This document shows, one piece after another, positions 25,884 to 39,281 of a DNA stretch of 64,000 bases. Source of the DNA: the human T2T-CHM13v2.0 reference genome, Homo sapiens; assembly GCF_009914755.1 (NCBI RefSeq), contig NC_060937.1. The stretch is one strand, 5' to 3'. The notes under the pieces were generated by a model. It had not been told where the DNA came from and did not search any database. It worked only from the letters and a program-made list of their open reading frames with translations. The first letter of the stretch is position 1. Every line of letters begins with the position of its first letter. Both the position numbers and the translations under genes were made by a program.

Positions 25884-27496
25884 GAAACCAATGATAACCA
25901 GGAATTCTTTAAAGCAGTGATTGATAAAAATAAGATATTATATAATGAGGAAAAACATATGCTGATAGCTGATATGGTAAATTAAGTAAATAGAGTTGGT
26001 TTTCAAACATTTTCATAAAGAAATCTCCAGGAGTAAATGGTTGCATTTGTGAATTATAACAAATATTTGAGGAGAAATACCAATATGTATAAATATATAT
26101 ATGTATTTATACAAAGCAAAAATCCTTAACAAAATATGAAATTTAATCCAGAAAAATAAAAAAGGATAATACTTGATGTCAAGTGGTCCAACAATGCAAT
26201 ATTGCATTCACCTTTGAAAGTAAATCACATAAATCGTCCCATTAATAAATCAGAAAACCCATATGATTATTTTAACAGATATGGAAAAAGCATTTTGATT
26301 AAATATGTTTGTGATATAAACTCAGCAATTTAAGATTATAAAGAAACTTCATAAATCTGATAAAGTTCGTCTACATATTCTGGGGTAAATGTCATGCTTA
26401 ATTATGCAATGTTGCATGTTTTTCCCCAAAACTACTTAAAAAATTCATAATTTTTACTCTGAACTTTCATTTCAACACTGTAATGAAGGATTTAGCCATT
26501 GCAATAGGTCAGGAGATAAAAAGCATAAAGTTTAGAAAATATGTCAAACTTTCTAACTGGAATAACCTGAGTTCTTACCTAGAAAATCCTAGGAAATCTG
26601 TAAAAGAATTGTTAATAAAATAAGCAAATTTAGCAAAGTTTTAATACTCAAGGTAGCAAAATCCAGTTGTATTCCTATATAGTACCATCAAAATATTCAA
26701 AAAAGCACAATTTTTTAAAAGTTTATTTACATTTGTATTCAAAAACGTGAAAAAATTAGAAACAAATTTAACAAAAGATATGCAAGTAATTAAAACTACA
26801 ATACTTTGCTGCAAGTAATTAAAGTAAAACTAAATATATGTAAATATATACTCAGTTTATGAATTAAAAGGCTTTATGTTAAAAAATCAGTTCTCCACAG
26901 ACTGATATATTGATTTCATTTTATCTCAATCACAATCAGACCAGACATTTTTGGAGAAATTGACCGGCTGATTCTAAAAATTATATGGAATTTAAAAAGT
27001 ACACAATAGAGCAATGTTTAATGAAAGAATAAAGTTGAAATGTTATACTACCTGTTTTGTTAGGATGCTATAGTAATCAAGACAATATAATGTGGGAATT
27101 AAAATTAATGAGCAGGGCATTGAAATGATATTGACAGACCAAAAGTAGATTCATATTTGATTACTGACAAAAAAACCAAGGTCATCCCAAAGGGCAAGAA
27201 AAGTTTTTTCCGAAAGTGGGCCTGGAAAAATTGGAATATAGAGAAGGAGAAGGAGGAGAAAGAAAAGGAGGAGGAGGAAAAACCTTGATTCTTATTTCAC
27301 ACAGGACATAAACATTGATTTGAGATGGATTCGAGGCCTAACTTTGAAAGGAAAACAATAAAAGGCTTAAAGAAAATGTAAGAAAAAGAATTTTACTTTC
27401 TTGGGGCACTCTAATAATTTTTAGAAAAGAAACAGAACACAATGATCATTACTGAAAATTAAAAATTCAGCTTTATCCAAACTAAAGGCTTCTAAC

Positions 27497-28104
27497 CACA
27501 ATAGTTAAAAAGTGGAAGCAACCCAAGTGTCCATCAGCAGATTTTGTTCACAAACAAAATATGATATATACACACAATAGAATATTACTCAGCCATAAAA
27601 ATGTGGTGCTGATACATGCTACTGGATGAAACTTGAAAACACTTTGCTAAGTGAAAGAATTCAGAGACAAAAGGGCAACTATTTTGCATGTTACATTTAT
27701 ATTAAGTATCTAGAATAGGTTAAGTCTTTTTTTTTAACCTTTAAATTCAGGGGTACACGTGCAGATTTATTATATGGGTAAACTTGTGTCATGGAGGTTT
27801 GTTGTACAGATTATATTGTCACCGAGGTATTAAGCTTAGTATCCATTAGTTATTTTTCCCGATCCTTTCCCTTTTCCCACCCTCCAGCCTTCGATAGGCC
27901 CCCGTGTCTGTCGTTCTTCTCTGTGTGCTCATGCGTTCTCATCATTTAGCTTATACTTTTAAGAGAGAACATGCAGTATTTGGTTTTCTGTTGCTGTGTT
28001 GGTTTGCTAAGGATAATGGCCTCCAGCTCCATCCACGTTCCTGCGAAGGACACGATCTCGTTCTTTTTCATGCCTGCATAGTTAGAATAGGTAAGTCTTC
28101 AGAG

Positions 28105-28138
<34 letters not shown>

Positions 28139-28350
28139 AGATGAATGGTCGCCAGTGGCTGAAGAGAAATGGGAATAGGTAATAACTGCTTAATAGGAAA
28201 AGGATTTTGTTGTTGTTGTTGTTGTTTTAGGCTATAGGAATTAGATAAAAGTGGTCACCGTGCAACATTCTGAATGTACTGAATGCCACTGGATGCAAAC
28301 GAATTGTCCATTTTAAATGCGTAATTTTATTATGTAAGTTTCACCCCAGT
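27497..28350 (+). mobile_element. L1MB 3' end split by an L1PA insertion
   Basis: AAGTGGAAGCAACCCAAGTGTCCATCA..TGGATGAAACTTGAAAACA..GCTAAGTGAAAGAA..GAATGTACTGAATGCCACTG. Confidence 0.82.
27729..28082 (-). mobile_element. L1PA (PA13-like) 3' end with ~17-bp TSD
   Basis: TTCAGGGGTACACGTGCAG..GGTAAACTTGTGTCATGG..GAGAACATGCAGTATTTGGTTTTCTG..GGATAATGGCCTCCAGCTCCATCC; TAGAATAGGT(T)AAGTCTT at 27711-27728 and 28083-28099. Confidence 0.92.
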
Positions 28351-29349
28351 TTCTTTTTAAATGGAAAAATATTTAAAGCTCTGCACACTAAAACAACATC
28401 ATTCAGAAAATCAAGACAAAATTCATAGTCTGGGAAAAAAAATTTGCAAGATAGGTATCTGACTAAGGATTCCTATTTTGGATATATAAAGAATTTCTAT
28501 ACTTAGAAATAAGAAGATAGACGACCCACTTTTTAAAAAATCTGGCCAAAATAACTGCTTGTGCACTTCACAAAATAAAAAGCACAATAGCTAGTAATTG
28601 CATAAAAAGTAGTCAAATGATTAGCCATCAGCGAATTGCAAATTCTAATATCCATGAGTTACCACAACACACCAATCAGAATGGCTAAAATTAAAAGATT
28701 GTCAACACTAACATTTGGCAAGAACATAGAGTAATACAAAATTTCATGCTTTACTGACAGGAGTAAAGAGTTACTAACACTATGTAAAATGTCTGGAAGT
28801 GCTTTTTTGAAAGGCAAGTATGTATATACCCTATGATCCAACAACTTCACATCTAGGTCTCTAAGAAAAAAGTAATGCAACACACATTAGAAACAAAAGA
28901 CTTGACCAAGAATGTTAACAGTAACTTTATTCCTAATGCTCCAGAACTAAGAAGAGCCCTGTTGACACTCAAGAGGAGAGTGGATAATCAAATATTTGTA
29001 TATGCATACAATGGAATATTGTCAATAAAAATCACCAAACTTCTAATACACACAATATCTGGATGAATCTCCAAATGACTGATTATTCCAGTTAAAAGAA
29101 AGAAAAATATCTTTGCCTAAAATAATATATACTGTAGAATTTCTCCTATATAAATTTCTAGAAAAGGAACAGCTAATCTACGGTGAAGAAAATTCATATT
29201 AGTGGATGCTTCTGTTGAGGTGGAACTAAACATCAACTGGGAAACGGCATGAGGAAACTTTCTGGAATGATGACAAAGATTTCTAGATTTCTAGATTTCA
29301 AAATCTAGATATTGAGTTACACAGGTTTATGCATTTGTCAAAACTTTGA

Positions 29350-29960
29350 TCTCAGGAACTCATGTTGCTAGTAAGGATGAAAATTGTCACAACTACTTTA
29401 AAATCTGTGCTTTATTCCAATATTGAAGAACTACGCATGCTGAGATGTCCTAATTAATTCCACTCTCAAATATGTAACCAGGATAAATACATCTTACAGG
29501 TTCTAGGATACATCTATAAGAATAGTTAAAGAAACAATTTCCAGTTAAAGAAACTGGAAAAAACTTAAATGGCTATCAACAGAGGAATAAATAACTAAAT
29601 TGAGATACATATACAACAATGTAAAATGATCAGCTAGAGCTATATCCAATAATATTGATGAATCTTACAAACATAATTTCAAAAGGGAAAACAGGAAACA
29701 AGAAGTAATTAAATTGTGACTCATATTTTTTTACAGATTCTGAAAATAAGCAAAAATTAAAACATATTATTTATAGATACATTTTAAAATGCAAAAAGCA
29801 TTTTCTAAAAAAAGCCAAAAAAAATGTAGAAGCCAGCATGTGGGTAGGAGGAGATAGATTAAGACAAAAATAGAGATATGGGCAAGGCTACCAATCAGTA
29901 GGTAATGTCTTAATTTTTTACCTTCCTTCATATTTACTTAAATTGTTGTTTATGTATGTG
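29350..29960 (+). mobile_element. Older L1ME 3' fragment
   Basis: GGAACTCATGTTGCTAGTAAGGATGAAAATTGTCACAACTACTTT..TGATGAATCTTACAAACATAAT. Confidence 0.55.
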
Positions 29961-30138
29961 TGTAAAATTTTAATCTATAAATCTTATTTTAAAGTGGAAA
30001 ACCTTAGTAACATCTCTTATTATACCCTTTTGTTACTTCTACAAATTTGTATTAACTTACTGCTTTATGGAAATTGAATGGGTGCAGGTCAGCATGTTTA
30101 TTTTAAAGCACAGTAAATTAAAAGCAATAAATAGCTGG

Positions 30139-30179
30139 CATACACACACACACGCAGTCATTAGAACACACACACACAT
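30139..30179. repeat. Interrupted (CA)n microsatellite
   Basis: Directly visible. Confidence 0.8.
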
Positions 30180-31323
30180 AAAATCAAATGATTAAAACAA
30201 TGTCATAGAAACTATTAAAAATAATACTTAAATATATTAAAAAATCAAATAGTCTACTGTTCAGTGGTTTAATCTATGAGCCTTTTGCGAATGAGATGAA
30301 AGGTGGTTATAGTTGCTGTTTCTGCAAATTTGTTTTCTCAAGTTATACAGTAATCACCTTGTTCAAAGTTGGCTGATAATTTTTAACATGTCTTTTTTAT
30401 GTTTCTGTATGGAAGCTCCTTTAATTCAGCTGGGTTACAAAACATATGTGTCAGATAAAGTTTTTTAAAATGATAAATGGAAGAAATCCAATATACATTT
30501 GAGTGCTTGGTATTTCTGACTCCAACACCAATGCCAACATTTCAAAGCGGGTGGGCTTGGGAGTCCTCCACTGTTGTTTTCTTCTCACAAAGAGAGGATC
30601 TGCAAATATAGTACTTTCATATCTACTAGTTTGGCAACTGGATTCTATTCTTGAACTGATGGCTGTTTGACATTCTATGATGAATGGTATGTGGTCAGCT
30701 ATTTCAGATTTTTCCGTTACTAGAATTACATTTCTAATGTAAGGATGGGTTATTATTAGCTAAAGCTTTTATTTCCTGGGATTAGGTAAAATGAAAAGGG
30801 TTATTTCTGTTGATACACCCCATTTCACATTGCAATGCAACTATTCAACTGTAAAACGTACTTAGATTTCTATTTGAATGGTCAAGGAATGGCTGATTAT
30901 GTGTTATTGCCCTTTAAAGGGCCAGTGTCACTAATAGTCAAAACAAAGTTATTCATTCAATAATTTCATGGTCTTAAGGGCTATTTAAATTTTCTTTCTG
31001 AAAATTTTTGTTCGAAAGTATGGAAAGACTTTAAGACATTTAGAAAATATTAAAACAGAAACACTATATTACCTTTAAATAATGTCAAATGAAGTTTTAG
31101 ACTCATATCTAAAAATAATGCTTGCTTACAACAATGGCTAGATATATTTTTATTAATCAATTAGCTATCATCTATACTTAGTAATATTTATAACATTTGC
31201 TATTATTGGGCTTCACTACCTCATATTATATAGCATGTCGCTTTTCACTGTTTGAGAAAGGATACAGCTCATTTAGGGAACACCTGGAAATTTTTTCACG
31301 GGAATAAAAATGTAGCACTGTAG

Positions 31324-31789
<466 letters not shown>

Positions 31790-34300
31790 TTATTAAAGAT
31801 TATCATATGCCTACTGTTGTAAATAGTACTTATAAGAAATGAAATGTGCATTTCTGAAAAAATAAGAAATGCTACAATTTCTTGTATTACAATAATATAC
31901 ATATATAGAAATCACTACTAAATCTAGCACTTCTAGAGGAATTAGTTGTATTATTGAATTAAATGATAGCCTTGAAAAACACTTAGACAACAGGTTAAAA
32001 TATTAAATGTTAAGAGTATCGTCATAGTCGTCTAAGTAGTTACTTTGAAGGTATGCCACGTTCTTATACTTGCAATTCAAGTACTATTTTTTAAAAGTTG
32101 GGAAAAGCATATTAATATAGTTAGTAATCTAATATCAAGAAATTATTGAACAATTCTAAATTTTCTAACAATGACAATAAAGAAAATTATTCAATAATAG
32201 CTAATATGTATGTATAACAAATATAAAGTAAAGCTCACTTGCTGCATTACTTCTCATATTCAAAATCATTAAAAATTAAATCAGGAAATACACATTGATA
32301 ATGAAGTTTAATATGATGATAAAATGCTAATTTTTTAACCTCATACAAAGTAAAGTATAGGAGAAAGTGAGAAACCCAAGACTTCATACACATATGTAAC
32401 ATCAGTGATTCTTTTTTAACGCCAACCTGCCCTCTGAAAAGGAGAGTTTGGCATAAACACAGGATGGAGAAGTCTTCTCACAGGAGCAGTAACAATTATT
32501 TTTCTAATGTGCCTATCTAGTGCATTATGTTTTTCCTGCTCATGTGTACACCGGAACACATTCTACTTTCATGCAGCTATTTTGCAGATGTGCCCTTTTA
32601 GCCCACGTAGAGGAAAAAAATCCCTTTTTAAGGAGTGCTCACACCTCAGTCACCTGAGTCTTTCTAAGTGATGAGGAAACTGCTTTGTTTCCTTTCTCAA
32701 TTTCTCCATATGAGAATTACCACCTCAGAAATCTGTGGAAGGTTTAGATCTTGGCTAATCCACGGCAGGCCAGTGAGTGCTGGTTTCCTCTTCCGAAAAT
32801 ATTTCTATTTTTTCCCCTCCCTCCTCAACCTTTCCTCTCTCTCTATATCTTCTTTTTTAGTAAACATTTGTTGGCCCCAAATTTTAAATAATGAGCATTT
32901 TCACAATATGAATACTATGTTTCCTGTTTTTTTTTTAATGATATGCTAATTGGAGACCTCCATGTTACTTTGAATGAGAGGTTACATCTTTAATCCTGAT
33001 CTTGTTCTTCTAATCTCTTCTTTAATTGAAATTGATCAAAAAAAAAAAAAAACCTACATAGAGGCAGAGGTGGATTGGGAGATGGAATTTCCCCTTTCTT
33101 TACATAGTGTTTACTTATTCATAGATTTGGTCAAATGGTCCACCAGTCAATAAGCATATATATACTCTGCTGGTTGAACCCTATTTGATAGCCCTAAGGG
33201 CTGATGGAGCTCCCACTTTCCTAAAATAATACTAAGAACAACCATCTCACTTCCCTTAACAATGACATAGAAACAAAGCTGGGTAATTCCTTTCTACGTG
33301 CTTTTTCAGAACAAAGGTTAAGGTTTTCAGGAATGAAAAACAATTAGATGGGTGTTGAAGGTTGCGGATGGAGTGATTCTGCTTTTATGTCTGTCTTTTT
33401 TTTTCTTACTTTTTAAATGAGAAGTTGTGAATATCCATAAATGGACATAGATTATGTGCTTAATGGGCCTTTTTCTTGCTGACTATACTCCCAGAGACAG
33501 TAGACCATTATCTATCACTTTGCCTCGAGTACTATATGAGAGGTTGTTCCCCCTATAATTATTGTCCATAACTTTATGGAATCAAAATAAAACAATCTAA
33601 TAAATTAATTATTATAAATTAAAACACAATGCATTGTTTCAAACTATGTTCAATGTTGTTTTAGCTATTTTTATTACATATTATTCTTTTGAGGCTCACA
33701 CTCTCCTCCTTACAGCTACTTTAGAAATGGAAGAGCAATTTAAATGCAAAATGCCTTTTTTTCAAAGAGGGTGTAAGTCTACAAATGCATCATTGTGCAT
33801 GTGGATGAACATTTCATAAGAATGGATAATGAGTAATGAGGTGGATCTTTTTCTCCAATAAAATTACTTATGAAATTCTGTGGCAGGCACATTCTTCTAT
33901 GATTAAATAATTCCCAACAGTTCTCCACCATTTTCTTTTTAAATTTACACTTGGGTTTTACTTGCTAATGTTTTTACTCCAGATTTCATGAAGGTCAATA
34001 TTCCTCTTATCTCTCCTACAATAATGTAAAATGTTTCTCTTGTCACTTTATATTAGTTACTTCAATAAATAACTAATTTGGAGGGTCATGATGTCCAAAT
34101 ATACTTTCTCTATTTTGAGAGATATATAAACATTGAATTTTAATATCCCTACCACAAAACAAATTTTTCATTTGAGATAACAATATTTTTAAATGCATAT
34201 ACACTATACCTAACACTTTGATATTTATTTATTTATAATTATACTCAAAAAGTTCATGGGGACATTCTTCACTTTTGAGACATAGGCTGAGCATGGGTAT

Positions 34301-34325
34301 AGCAGTGTCCACTAGGGAGAGCTGC
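34301..34325 (+). promoter_or_regulatory. Candidate CTCF site
   Basis: GCAGTGTCCACTAGGGAGAGC resembles CCAC(C/T)AG(G/A)GGGCGC core, with mismatches in the 3' half. Confidence 0.35.
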
Positions 34326-35469
34326 CTTACAGCACACCACAGCTATCAGCATTACCACATTTGATAATTCTCCATCACCAGTAACAGTAATGGAGAAAAC
34401 AACAGTAGCTTTTCCAAAGCAGATGAATTTGATAATAATATCTTCCCAAATCCAATGTAATCGTGTGATTTTATATGTGATTCACAGGTAAATAGAAGTG
34501 CATAAATCATCAATTTTACACTTTGCTACCATTTTAATATGAAATGAACCATGTTGCAAACCATTCTTACTCTCTAATTCATCACTTCTCCTTGGGTGAG
34601 TAAAAGTAGTTTTATGATAATATCTCTGATTATAAGAAAAAAAAACAAGTCACTACATGCACTATATTAAACATTGTAAAAAGTTGAGTTAGTTAAGAAA
34701 AAAAATATATACAAAGAAGAGATAACTTACCAGGACAAAGCACTGCTTTCAAACGTTAAAAAATCACTCATGGGAAAACAACTACAAAACTGAATAGTTT
34801 TAATTATGATGCAAGGTCAATAAACTTCATCACAATTTTTTAAAAGGAGAATATGTATTTAAAAGTTTATAACATTATGTCATCCATATAATTAAGCACT
34901 TTTAATCACTGACGTTAAGGAAGAGAGAAAATTTCTACTGGATTTTGTTTTTGTTTTAGGGTCATTTAAAGCACAGCTAATTTCACTTTAAAGGAGGAAG
35001 AAATAAGAAATCATTCAGATTGGCTAGCAAAAAAAACAAAAAACAAAAAACAAAAAACCTCTACCTAATATGCTTATTTATACCTAGCTGTTAAAACTAT
35101 AAGTGCTTAAAAAGATACCTTCACTGATTGTATAATATTAAATCTTCTAAACTATAAGTGTTTTAAAAATCACACCTACTCGTGACTTGAAACTACTTTT
35201 GCTGAATATATGTATATTATCAACCTCAATTACACATGCCTGTTGATTTGTGTACGTCATTCACTAGTTCTTCTTTCCTTTTTCTTTACTTTTGCTGTAT
35301 TTTGTTTGCACATCATTTAGCTTTGGTTCTAGACTAACAATTACTCTAGTTTGTAATTGAGTTTAAAGGAATATGTTATTAAATCAGGGAATTCCATAAA
35401 TATTGGTTAAAAGTTATAAATAGGTTGTCTTTGGTATTTGTCAACATAGAGTTCTTTCAATTAAAATAT

Positions 35470-35900
35470 TTCCTGGCTACCACAGCGTGGAAGCTGCGGA
35501 AATTGGCTCCACATCCAGCTGGCTGATTCAGTAAGAAATCAGCTGGCCTCAATTTAGATTTCTTTTCTTTTAAAGCAGTGCCAAATTGAGGATTAGTACA
35601 TTGTGGAGAGGGAGGCGGGCAGCTCCACCCCTGATCGGCCATTCTTCATTCCCTAGAATGGGCTTGCCCTCCCAGCCCCAGCTGTGCACTGAATTAATCT
35701 ACACAGGGAGCTTCTCTATCTACACCATTTTCAACATGCTCTTCAAGGTCCTACACCACTTCTGACAAAAGCAAAATGTGGCTCTGGTGACTCTGGACTT
35801 GGGCACTTCACTAACGCCTTAAATATAAACATTCACACACACATTAAACACACACACACGTATACAGGGGGTGGGTAGCGGTGTGGAGAGAGGAGAAGAG
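35470..35900. promoter_or_regulatory. Candidate enhancer/promoter-like GC-enriched block
   Basis: ATTGG, three CAGCTG E-boxes, TGATTCA, GGAGGCGGG, CATTCC within ~230 bp of unique sequence. Confidence 0.4.
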
Positions 35901-36097
35901 AGACAGTGCTTAAATTGAAAATTGTGGAGACAGTCAACAGTAAATACTGAATCTTAGAAAAAAATGAATAAGAGAATAACAGACAATAACAGCATTTATT
36001 CAGAAAACAGATCCATCTCAGGGAATTGGTGTGATTTTACTTCTCCAGAAATTGTCCTTCTAAACTAAGAGTGTGAGAATAATTTAGTTATCAACTA

Positions 36098-36133
36098 GAA
36101 AAGGGTAAGTGAGAAGGGACACTTACCCTTTTC
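36098..36133. repeat. Perfect 14-bp inverted repeat, 8-nt loop
   Basis: GAAAAGGGTAAGTG-agaaggga-CACTTACCCTTTTC. Confidence 0.95.
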
Positions 36134-38449
36134 ATGACCTAACGCAAATATTTATTATTACCCTACCAGGGACCTCTTCTTCCGTTCAAATCATCCAGGC
36201 TTACGTCTAGCACACCAACATTTTCATGTTCTGCCTTGTACCTTCTCGAAGCTCGTGGGCCAATTATGAACTAATCCTGCTTTTATACCAACAAAGAAGG
36301 TCATATATATACAGTTTTATTGTAGGTTATTGTTCCTATAAACTGTGACCTTTTGTAAAGAATGCTCAGCCCTTATTTTAGAAGTATTACTGATGATATT
36401 ATCTAAGAAAATTGTTCAGGGTTATGACCTCACTCAAACTGTGATCCAGCCAACCATATTTGTTTGAATTTAGTCTTGTTTTTTATAATCATCTATCTGA
36501 CCATGAAAGGAATTTGCTTGTCTGCATTTTCATAAATATCTGCAAAAGATATTATATTTATCATGAATTGAAATATTTTTAACACTAAAGAGAATACAAA
36601 AAGTATTTTAGCAGACAGTAATGTTTTATTTACTTCAGCTAATTTTCCTGATAGCTTGGAGTTTACATTATATAATTTGGATAAGTAGAAAGAAAATACA
36701 CATCTAAAGGAACTCTTCATCAGCTGTGCTATGAGGCTCTACAGAGATCATATTAGCAGAATTGACATCCTGACAAAAAACTTACCACAGCAAAGATATT
36801 AACACTGAGAAATGTGACCAATGTATTTCAGGCCCTGGTCATCTGTGCTTTTGCCTATAAATAGATTTCATACATTTCCTTAATTCATTTTTTCTAACAA
36901 CCACTGGTTCTTTAGCATGATCTGGGTCCAAGGTCAAAAGCTACTGCTCGCTACCAGTGCAGCTAAGTCACTGAGAGTTATTTTACCTTTCGGGCTTTCC
37001 TTGTGATTTTTCACAAGTTTGTAATACTAGTCCATGAAGCTATCAAATCTTCATCTATAAAAATGTATTCTGAAGCAGTTGAAAAAAACCCGAGACTGCT
37101 CTTTAAAATATCAGGTTCTGTGTATTGACTTAAAATAAAAATTACACGGAAAAACAAAAAGTGTGATGTTGGTGATATTGTTTAGGTCATATTGTAGGTT
37201 TCTGCTTATCATTTCTGGCTGAAATAGAAAACCTATATGAAAGAATTGACTTGTAAATGTAAATGTTAACCCAGTTTATACAAAAAGCATATTTGCGTGC
37301 CCTCTCTTCAGAGGTGAATTTTAAAATCCGTATTACTTTTGTGTTTTCAGAGAAAAACTAAAACAATAGCAAGAAAAAAAAACAGGAAAATAAATGTATC
37401 TATGGATCAAAAAGCAATTTAGATTGCAATTGCTTCTGTAGAAATGAAATAGTTTTCGCTGCCAGATTAACAGTAGGAAAAAGTCATTTGGATCCTTGAC
37501 CACTATTGTGGTATAAGAATGCTATGGGATCCCGTAGGAAAACAAAGGGAAGTGCTTTTCATTTTTGGCCACGGTGCCTGAAAATATACAAGGAATAAGA
37601 TGGAAAACAGGGTGACATCAATGGTCATAAAAATGTGACCTTCATCTTGATAGAATAAGACAAATAAAAGTTTTCCCTAACACCTGGCATTTAAACATTA
37701 AAGGAAGTTGTAAGGACAACATAGCCTCTTACAATGGACCTAAGTGTTTTCAAATATTCATGATATTCATACTTTTGAAACACTAAAAGCATAGTATGCT
37801 ACCTTAGGAAAAAATAAAAACCCTCAGAAGCTATTCTGAACATGTATTGTTTTTACCACATTGAATTGTGGTAAAAGCATTGAGTATGTTTTGGAGAAGT
37901 ACCCTTCTTGCATAGGTTTCAGTCAAATCCAAGTGGCTACCCCCACCAGAGAGTGGGGCTCGATAAATCATTGACATTTCTCTGGCCAGGATGGAACTTC
38001 TACATGGGATTATAAAGCAGGACACCCTGGAAATGGTTTACTCTTAACTACTCCTCAGCTCCTTCTTCCATGAACTTGAGAATCCCATAGTGGCCCCGAT
38101 TTCGCCTCTTTCGAAACCTTCCTCCTTTTCTTTTCCTTAGCTCATGCTCATAGCTTTCTCATAAATTTTTGTTTTTCTCAGTTATCCAAATTTAACTTCT
38201 AAAAACCAAAGAACCAGAAGTGACATGAAATGGTTAAATTTGTATGCATTGATAAAATTAGAGTGACAATTTCATTCAGAGATAGAATAATGTGTTTACT
38301 ATAAATTGAATGTATTCATTCTATCAGAATGTAGCACTCCCTTCAGCACATTTTTAAAATAATAATAAAATAAGAAGACTAGTATGTTCTTTTTCTGTGA
38401 TTCCACTTTTAATCAACACTTACCTACCAATGTTTTCCTGACTTCCCAG

Positions 38450-38500
38450 ACTGTCAGAAAAGGGTTTCGCTGGAGAAATCAAGAACTGGTGGCTACTGAG
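38450..38500 (+). other. Candidate 51-nt exon
   Basis: TGTTTTCCTGACTTCCCAG acceptor and GAG|GTGAGT donor around unique sequence. Confidence 0.4.
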
Positions 38501-38744
38501 GTGAGTTTCCTTTATCAGCACATGAGATAGCCTTTAGAGATTTTTTTTTTATTAGAAAGAGATTCCATTATAATTCTTTCATTATATTTGAACCAAAAGA
38601 AAATATAAAATTTTGCTGGCTTTTGCCTATGGAGAAACAAAAGCCATGAAACACAAAAATATACATGTATGCATACATATGTACATACCATTTTTTAAAC
38701 AAAATTTCTGAAAGTTTAGGATTGAGTCATTGGGAAGGGTCCGT

Positions 38745-39281
38745 AGAGCCTGTTAATTATGTACAAAGTAAACGTTCACTCTTCCTTCTTTGGCGGTATA
38801 CTTTTTTGAGAGAAGTAAATAGCAGTGTGCTCACCTGAAAGATTTTTATGTGACACACATCATTATATATAGGAGTGGCCATGTGACTAACTTCTTTCTC
38901 GTATAACATCAGTAGAATTTTTAGTTGGTGTTTCCAGGATCACTCCTCATCAAAGAATCTGACTCAATTGGCAGAAAGCTTTAGTCCATCTATTTCTTTT
39001 TTGTTTTAATCCTTCCTCTTGCCTGGGGACATGGATGTAACTGCTTGGGTTTAGCAGCCATCTTGCAACCACAGTTTGAGTATGAAAGCCAGGCTTCAAG
39101 CATGAGGGAGAAAAAAGACTGAAGGATCTCAGAATATTTATGAAGCTCATCCACAAGAGCCTCCATATCAGTTCTAGATTGTCTACCGCTGGACTTATTT
39201 TATTAAAGAAAAAATAGAGCCCTATCTTGTTTCAGCCACTATTTTTCAGATCTTGTATTTACAGTTAAATTCAATTTCTAG
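38745..39281 (+). mobile_element. MLT1J-like LTR
   Basis: GTGGCCATGTGACTAA..CCTTCCTCTTGCCTGG..GCAGCCATCTTGCAACCA..CTGGACTT..TCTTGTTTCAGCCACT. Confidence 0.8.

Larger units (their letters stand above)
24500..29345 (+). mobile_element. Ancient L1M (ORF1, ORF2 and 3'UTR relics) hosting nested insertions
   Basis: A-rich L1 motifs: GAGATGACTCAGATATTGGA, CCCATATGATTATTTTAACAGATATGGAAAAAGCATT, GAAATTGACCGGCTGATTCTAAAAATTATATGGAA, AGAATGGCTAAAATTAAAAGA. Confidence 0.8.
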
